Source of the DNA: the human T2T-CHM13v2.0 reference genome, Homo sapiens
Length of the DNA stretch: 64,000 nt
Strand: one strand, 5' to 3'
NCBI RefSeq assembly: GCF_009914755.1
Contig: NC_060948.1
The translations under genes and the position numbers were made by a program. Below the pieces are notes generated by a model. It saw only the letters and a program-made list of their open reading frames with translations. It did not search any database and had not been told where the DNA came from. This document shows, piece by piece, positions 57,356-64,000 of the stretch (position 1 is its first letter; the number at the start of each line of letters is the position of its first letter).

Positions 57356-60300
57356 ATGGAATCAAATCAATGGAATCCAATCAAATGGAATGGAAAGGAA
57401 TTGAATGGAGTAGATTGGATTGGATGGGATTGGAATGAAATGTACTGGAAAGGACTCGAATTTCATGAAACGGAATGGAATGAATTGGAACGGAATGGAC
57501 TCGAATGGAATGGAATGTCATGGAATGGCATCAAATGGAATGGCATCAAATGGAATGGAATCGAATGCAATGGAATGCTATGGAATGGAATGGAATGCAT
57601 TGGAATGGAATGTCCTCTAATGGAATGGATTCGAGTGGAATGGAATCGAATATAATGGAGTCGAATGAAATGGAATTGAAAGGAATGGGATCGAATACAA
57701 TGGAATATACTGGAATGTAACGTAATGAACTCGAATGTAATTGACTGGAATGGAATGTACATGAATGGAATGTAATCGAATGGAAAGTAATCCAATGGAA
57801 TAGAATCTAATGCAATAAAATCGAATCAGATAGAGTAGAATGTAATGGAATGGAGTGCAGTGCAATGGAATGGAATGGAATGGAATGCAATTGAATGGAA
57901 TGGAATGGAATGGAATGGAATGGAATGGGATGGAATGGTATGGAATGGATAGTAATGGACTGGAGTGAAATGGACTGGAAAGGAATGGACTCAAATTGAA
58001 AGGGCTCGAAAGGAATGGAGTCAAATGGAATGGTCTGGAATGGAATGAACACGAATGTAATGCAATCCAATAGAATGGAATCGAATGGCATGGAATATAA
58101 AGAAATGGAATCGGAGAGAATGGAAACAAATGGAATGGAATTGAATGGAATGGAATTGAATGGAATGGGAACGAATGGAGTGAAATTGTATGCAGTAGAA
58201 GGGAATAGAATGGAATGCAAGCGAAAGGAAAGGAATGGATTGGAATGGAATGGAATTCATTGGAATGGAAGGGAATGTAGTGTAATGGACAGGCCTGGAA
58301 TAAAGTGGAATGCTACGGTCTCGAATGGAATAAAAATGTATGGAATGGAATGCAATGAAACGGAATCGAATGTCATAGAATGTAATGGAATGCAAAAAAA
58401 TGGAATCCAAAATCATTGACTGGAAAGGCTGGGTGTCGAAAGGAATTGACTCCAATGGAATGGAATCGAATGGAATGGAAGTGAATAGAATCGAACTAAA
58501 TCGAATGGAATGGAATTGATAGGAACGGAATGGAAAGGAATGCAATGATTTGGCATGGAATGGAATCGAATGGCATCGAATGGAATGGAATGGAATGCAA
58601 TGGAATGGAATGTATTAGAATGTAATGAACTTTAATGGAATGTACTCGAATGGATTCGACTGGAATGGAATGTTCTGGAAGTGAATGGACTCCAATGGAA
58701 TGGATTCCAAAGGAATGGAATCGTACGGAATGGAATCTAATGGAATGGAATTAAATGGAAATGAATCAAATTGAATAGCACGGAATTGAATTGAATGGAA
58801 TGGAATGCAATGGAATCTAATGAAACGGAAAGGAAAGGAATGGAATGGAATGGAATGGAATGGGCTGGAATGGAAAGGAATCGAAACGAATGGAATGGAA
58901 TCGAACTGAAGAGACTGGAATGGAATGCACTGGAATGGAAGGGAGTGTAATGGAAGGTTCTCGAAAAAAATGGAATCGAATGGAATGGAATTGAATGGAA
59001 CGGAATAGAGTCGAATGGAATTGAATGGAATGGAATGGACTAGAGTGAAATGGAATCGAACCACAAGGAATGGAGAGGAATAGAATGGTCTCGAATTGAA
59101 TGGAATCGTATGGAATGGCATCAAACGGAATGGAATGGACAGCCACGGAATGGAATGCACTCGAATGCAATGGAGTCGAAACTAATGGACTGGAATAGAA
59201 TGGACTCGACTGGTACGGACTCCAATGGAATGGAATCGAATGGAAGGGAATCGAACGGAATGGACTCGAAGGGAAAAGACTGCAATGGAAAGGTCTCGAA
59301 TGGAATGGAAATTAATGGAATGGAATGGAATCGAATGAAATGGAGTCAAAAGGAATGGAATCGAATGGCAACAAATCGAATGTAATGGAATCACAAGGAA
59401 TTGATGTGAACGGAACGGAATGGAATGGAATCCAAAGGAATGGAATAGAATGGAATGGAATCGAATGGAAAGGACTCGAATGGAAATCACTCGAATAGAA
59501 TGCAATTTAATAAAATAGGATCAAATGTAATGGAATGGAATGAAAAGGAATCGAAACGAAAGGAATGGAGACAGATGGAATGGAATGGAACAGAGAGCAA
59601 TGGTATAGAATGGAATGGAATCATCTGGAATGGAATTGAATGGAATGGAATAATATGAAATGGAATGGAATGGAATGGAATGGAATGCCCTTGAATTAAA
59701 TGGACTGGAATGGAATGGACTCGAACAGAGTGGAATGGAAAGTGTTGAGATAGAATGGAATGGACTCCTTTGGAATGGTGTAGTATGCAATGCAATCGAC
59801 TGGCAGGGAATCAAAAGGAATGTAATCGAATGGATTGGACTGGAATGCAATGGACTCGAATAGATTGGAAACGGAATGCAAAGGAATGGAATGGAATAGT
59901 ATGGAATGGAATGGAAAGGAATGGAGTGGAATAGACTAGAGTGGAATGGAATGGACTGGAAAGCAATGGACTGGAATGGAACTTTCTTGAATGGACTGGA
60001 ATCAAACGGAATGGAATGCAATGCAATCAAATGGCATGGAATAAAATAGAATGAAAGAGAATCAAATGGAATTGAATCGAATGGAATCGAATGGATTGGA
60101 AAGGAATAGAATGGAATGGAATGGAATTGACTCAAATGGAATGGACTAGAATGGAATGGATTCGAATGGAAGGCAAAGGAATGGAATCTATTGGAATGGA
60201 CTGTAATGGAATGGAATGGAAGGGATTGGAATGGGCTCGAATGGAATGGACTGCAATAGAAAGGATTCGAATGGAATGAAAAAGAATTGAATGGAATAGA

Positions 60301-60919
60301 ACAGAATGGAATCAAATCGAATGAAATGGAATGGAATAGAAAGGAATGGAATGAAATGGAATGGAAAGGATTCGAATGGAATGCAATCGAATGGAATGGA
60401 ATCAAACGGAATGGAATAAAATGGAAGAAAACTGGCAAGAAATGGAATCGAAATGAATGGAGTGTTATGGAACGGAGTCAAAAGGAATTGAATGTAATAG
60501 AATGGAGTGGAGTGGCCTCGAATATAATGGACTGGAATGGAATGAAATCACATGGAATGGGAACGAATGGAATGGAATGGAAAGGAATGGAATCGAATGG
60601 AAAGGAATCGAATGGAAGGGAATGAAATTGAATCAACAGGAATGGAAGGGAATAGAATAGACGGTAATGGAATGGACTCGAATAGAATTGACACGAATGC
60701 TCAAATTGAATGGACTCGAATGGAATGGAAACGAAAGGAATGTCATCGAATGGAATTGAATCGATTGGAATGAAATCGCATAGAATGGAGTGGAATCAAA
60801 TGGAATTGAATCGAAAGGAAAGGAAGCGAATGGACTGAAATGAAATGGAATGGAATTGAATGGAAAGTAATGCAATGGAATAGAATGGAACGAAATTTCA
60901 CGGAATGGAATCAAACTGA
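57356..60919 (+). repeat. DYZ1 unit 17 (3564 bp; A-type start, mosaic end)
   Basis: +5 at ~58850; TCGGAGAG at 58111; new GGCC at 60514. Confidence 0.9.
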
Positions 60920-63900
60920 ATGGAATCAAATGAATGGAATCTAATCAAATGGAATGGAAAGGAATTGAATGGAGTAGATTGGATTGGATGGGATTGGAAT
61001 GAAATGTACTGGAAAGGACTCGAATTTCATGAAACGGAATGGAATGAATTGGAACGGAATGGACTCGAATGGAATGGAATGTCATGGAATGGCATCAAAT
61101 GGAATGGCATCAAATGGAATGGAATCGAATGCAATGGAATGTTATGGAATGGAATGGAATGCATTGGAATGGAATGTCCTCTAATGGAATGGATTCGAGT
61201 GGAATGGAATCGAATATAATGGAGTCGAATGAAATGGAATTGAAAGGAATGGGATCGAATAGAATGGAATATACTGGAATGTAATGTAATGAACTCGAAT
61301 GTAATTGACTGGAATGGAATGTACATGAATGGAAGGTAATCGAATGGAAAGTAATCCAATGGAATAGAATCTAATGCAATAAAACCGACTCAGATAGAGT
61401 AGAATGTAATGGAATGGAGTGCAGTGCAATGGAATGGAATGGAATTGAATGCAATGGAATGGAATGGAATGGAATGGAATGGAATGGAATGGAATGGGAT
61501 GGAATGGTATGGAATGGATAGAAATGGACTGGAGTGAAATGGACTGGAAAGGAATGGACTCAAATTGAAAGGGCTCGAAAGGAATGGAGTCAAATGGAAT
61601 GGTCTGGAATGGAATGAACACGAATGTAATGCAATCCAATAGAATGGAATCGAATGGCATGGAATATAAAGAAATGGATACGAAGAGAATGGAAACAAAT
61701 GGAATGGAATTGCATGGAATGGAATTGAATGGAATGGGAACGAATGGAGTGAAATTGTATGCAGTAGAAGGGAATAGAATGGAATGCAAGCGAAAGGAAA
61801 GGAATGGATTGGAATGGAATGGAATTCATTGGAATGGAAGGGAATGTAGTGTAATGGACAGGCCTGGAATAAAGTGGAATGCTACGGTCTCGAATGGAAT
61901 AAAAATGTATGGAATGGAATGCAATGAAACGGAATCGAATGTCATAGAATGTAATGGAATGCAACAAAATGGAATCCAAAATCATTGACTGGAAAGGCTG
62001 GGTGTCGAAAGGAATTGACTCCAATGGAATGGAATCGAATGGAATGGAAGTGAATAGAATCGAACTAAATCGAATGGAATGGAATTGATAGGAACGGAAT
62101 GGAAAGGAATGCAATGATTTGGCATGGAATGGAATCGAATGGCATCGAATGGAATGGAATGGAATGCAATGGAATGGAATGTATTAGAATGTAATGAACT
62201 TTAATGGAATGTACTCGAATGGATTCGACTGGAATGGAATGTTCTGGAAGTGAATGGACTCCAATGGAATGGATTCAAAAGGAATGGAATCGTACGGAAT
62301 GGAATCTAATGGAATGGAATGAAATGGAAATGAATCAAATTGAATAGCACGGAATTGAATTGAATGGAATGGAATGCAATGGAATCTAATGAAACGGAAA
62401 GGAAAGGAATGGAATGGAATGGAATGGGCTGGAATGGAAAGGAATCGAAACGAATGGAATGGAATCGAACTGAAGAGACTGGAATGGAATGCACTGGAAT
62501 GGAAGGGAGTGTAATGGAAGGTTCTCGAAAAAAATGGAATCGAATGGAATGGAATTGAATGGAACGGAATAGAGTCGAATGGAATTGAATGGAATGGAAT
62601 GGACTAGAGTGAAATGGAATCGAACCACAAGGAATGGAGAGGAATAGAATGGTCTCGAATTGAATGGAATCATATGGAATGGCATCAAACGGAATGGAAT
62701 GGACAGCCACGGAATGGAATGCACTCGAATGCAATGGAGTCGAAACTAATGGACTGGAATAGAATGGACTGGACTGGTACGGACTCCGATGGAATGGAAT
62801 CGAATGGAAGGGAATCGAACGGAATGGACTCGAAGGGAAAAGACTGCAATGGAAAGGTCTCGAATGGAATGCAAATTAATGGAATGGAATGGAATCGAAT
62901 GAAATGGAGTCAAAAGGAATGGAATCGAATGGCAAGAAATCGAATGTAATGGAATCGCAAGGAATTGATGTGAACGGAACGGAATGGAATGGAATCCAAA
63001 GGAATGGAATAGAATGGAATGGAATCGAATGGAAAGGACTCGAATGGAAATCACTCGAATAGAATGCAATTTAATAAAATAGGATCAAATATAATGGAAT
63101 GGAATGGAAAGGAATCGAAACGAAAGGAATGGAGACAGATGGAATGGAATAGAACAGAGAGCAATGGTATAGAATGGAATGGAATCATCTGGAATGGAAT
63201 TGAATGGAATGGAATAATATGAAATGGAATGGAATGGAATGGAATGGAATGCCCTTGAATTAAATGGACTGGAATGGAATGGACTCGAACAGAGTGGAAT
63301 GGAAAGTGTTGAGATAGAATGGAATGGACTCCTTTGGAATGGTGTAGTATGCAATGCAATCGACTGGCAGGGAATCAAAAGGAATGTAATCGAATGGATT
63401 GGACTGGAATGCAATGGACTCGAATAGATTGCAAACAGAATGCAAAGGAATGGAATGGAATAGTATGGAATGGAATGGAAAGGAATGGAGTGGAAAGGAA
63501 TGGAGTGGAATAGACTAGAGTGGAATGGAATGGACTGGAAAGCAATGGACTGGAATGGAACTTTCTTGAATGGACTGGAATCAAACGGAATGGAATGCAA
63601 TGCAATCAAATGGCATGGAATAAAATAGAATGAAAGAGAATCAAATGGAATTGAATCGAATGGAATCGAATGGATTGGAAAGGAATAGAATGGAATGGAA
63701 TGGAATGGACTCAAATGGAATGGACTAGAATGGAATGGATTCGAATGGAAGGCAAAGGAATGGAATCTATTGGAATGGACTGTAATGGAATGGAATGGAA
63801 GGGATTGGAATGGACTCGAATGGAATGGACTGCAATAGAAAGGATTTGAATGGAATGAAAAAGAATTGAATGGAATAGAACAGAATGGAATCAAATCGAA

Positions 63901-64000
63901 TGAAATGGAATGGAATAGAAAGGAATGGAATGAAATGGAATGGAAAGGATTCGAATGGAATGCAATCGAATGGAATGGAATCGAACGGAATGGAATAAAA
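60920..64000 (+). repeat. DYZ1 unit 18 (truncated by the window end; B-type markers)
   Basis: AAAACCGACTC at 61381; 15-bp duplication at 63477-63506. Confidence 0.88.

Larger units (their letters stand above)
1..64000 (+). repeat. DYZ1: Human Satellite 3 array, DYZ1 / HSat3A6 (Yq12 heterochromatin), ~18 tandem copies of a ~3.56 kb unit
   Basis: Degenerate (GGAAT)n throughout. A landmark recurs at 399, 3966, 7530, 11079, 14628, 18186, 21730, 25299, 28858, 32421, 35995, 39554, 43098, 46667, 50225, 53783, 57356 and 60920 (mean spacing ~3560 bp). One EcoRI site (1311) and one HaeIII/StuI site (AGGCCT at 1349) per unit, as known for the 3.4-3.56 kb DYZ1 repeat. HSat3 identity is certain. The Y assignment rests on recalled family properties. 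Confidence 0.95.

Noticed and set aside
46-63894. Hundreds of ORFs (MEWNG- and FHSIP-repeat peptides, up to 305-317 aa)
   Set aside because: These are the direct translation of (GGAAT)n/(ATTCC)n, which has no stop codon in any frame. They overlap on both strands, are disrupted freely by unit indels, and show no domain structure.
1-64000. CRISPR-like or other repeat-spacer array
   Set aside because: There are no unique spacers and no associated genes. All sequence between landmarks is itself repeated in every unit.
1-64000. Embedded Alu/L1, DYZ2 (HSat1B) block, inversion or foreign insert
   Set aside because: All 17 landmark-to-landmark distances are 3544-3574 bp and are explained by small indels. 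GGAAT polarity never flips, so there is no room for an insert.
1-64000. HSat2 or an autosomal HSat3 (e.g. 1.8 kb-period) assignment
   Set aside because: The HSat2 CATTCGATTC/GATGAT 23-26 bp structure is not dominant, and the landmarks recur at 3.56 kb, not 1.8 kb.
399-64000. A regular 6-unit higher-order repeat across the whole window
   Set aside because: The 21,368 bp match holds only for ~5 kb. Units 7-10 and 13-16 carry different marker sets and mostly different lengths.

Overview
The whole 64 kb window is one uninterrupted, head-to-tail tandem array of human Satellite 3, built from degenerate GGAAT/ATTCC pentamers with the G-rich strand on +. The pentamers are organised into about 18 copies of a ~3.56 kb higher-order unit (measured lengths 3544-3574 bp). 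The unit size, one EcoRI and one HaeIII/StuI site per unit, and diagnostic internal sequence match DYZ1 (HSat3A6) of the Yq12 heterochromatin. I saw no gene, RNA gene, transposon, inversion or DYZ2 block. The ORF track is an artefact of translating a stop-poor pentamer. I found no new protein-coding system. The most interesting signals are non-coding. (1) Each unit carries three perfect tripartite heat-shock elements (nGAAnnTTCnnGAAn), made by in-register GAA->TTC swaps, on a background dense in TEAD-type GGAATG motifs. (2) There is hidden super-structure among units: a ~5 kb near-identical duplication at a 21,368 bp (6-unit) offset, a nascent ~7.12 kb A/B dimer repeat, dispersed subfamilies and mosaic units. 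(3) One pure-pentamer tract explains most unit-length variation. All comparisons were made by eye and need confirmation by alignment.
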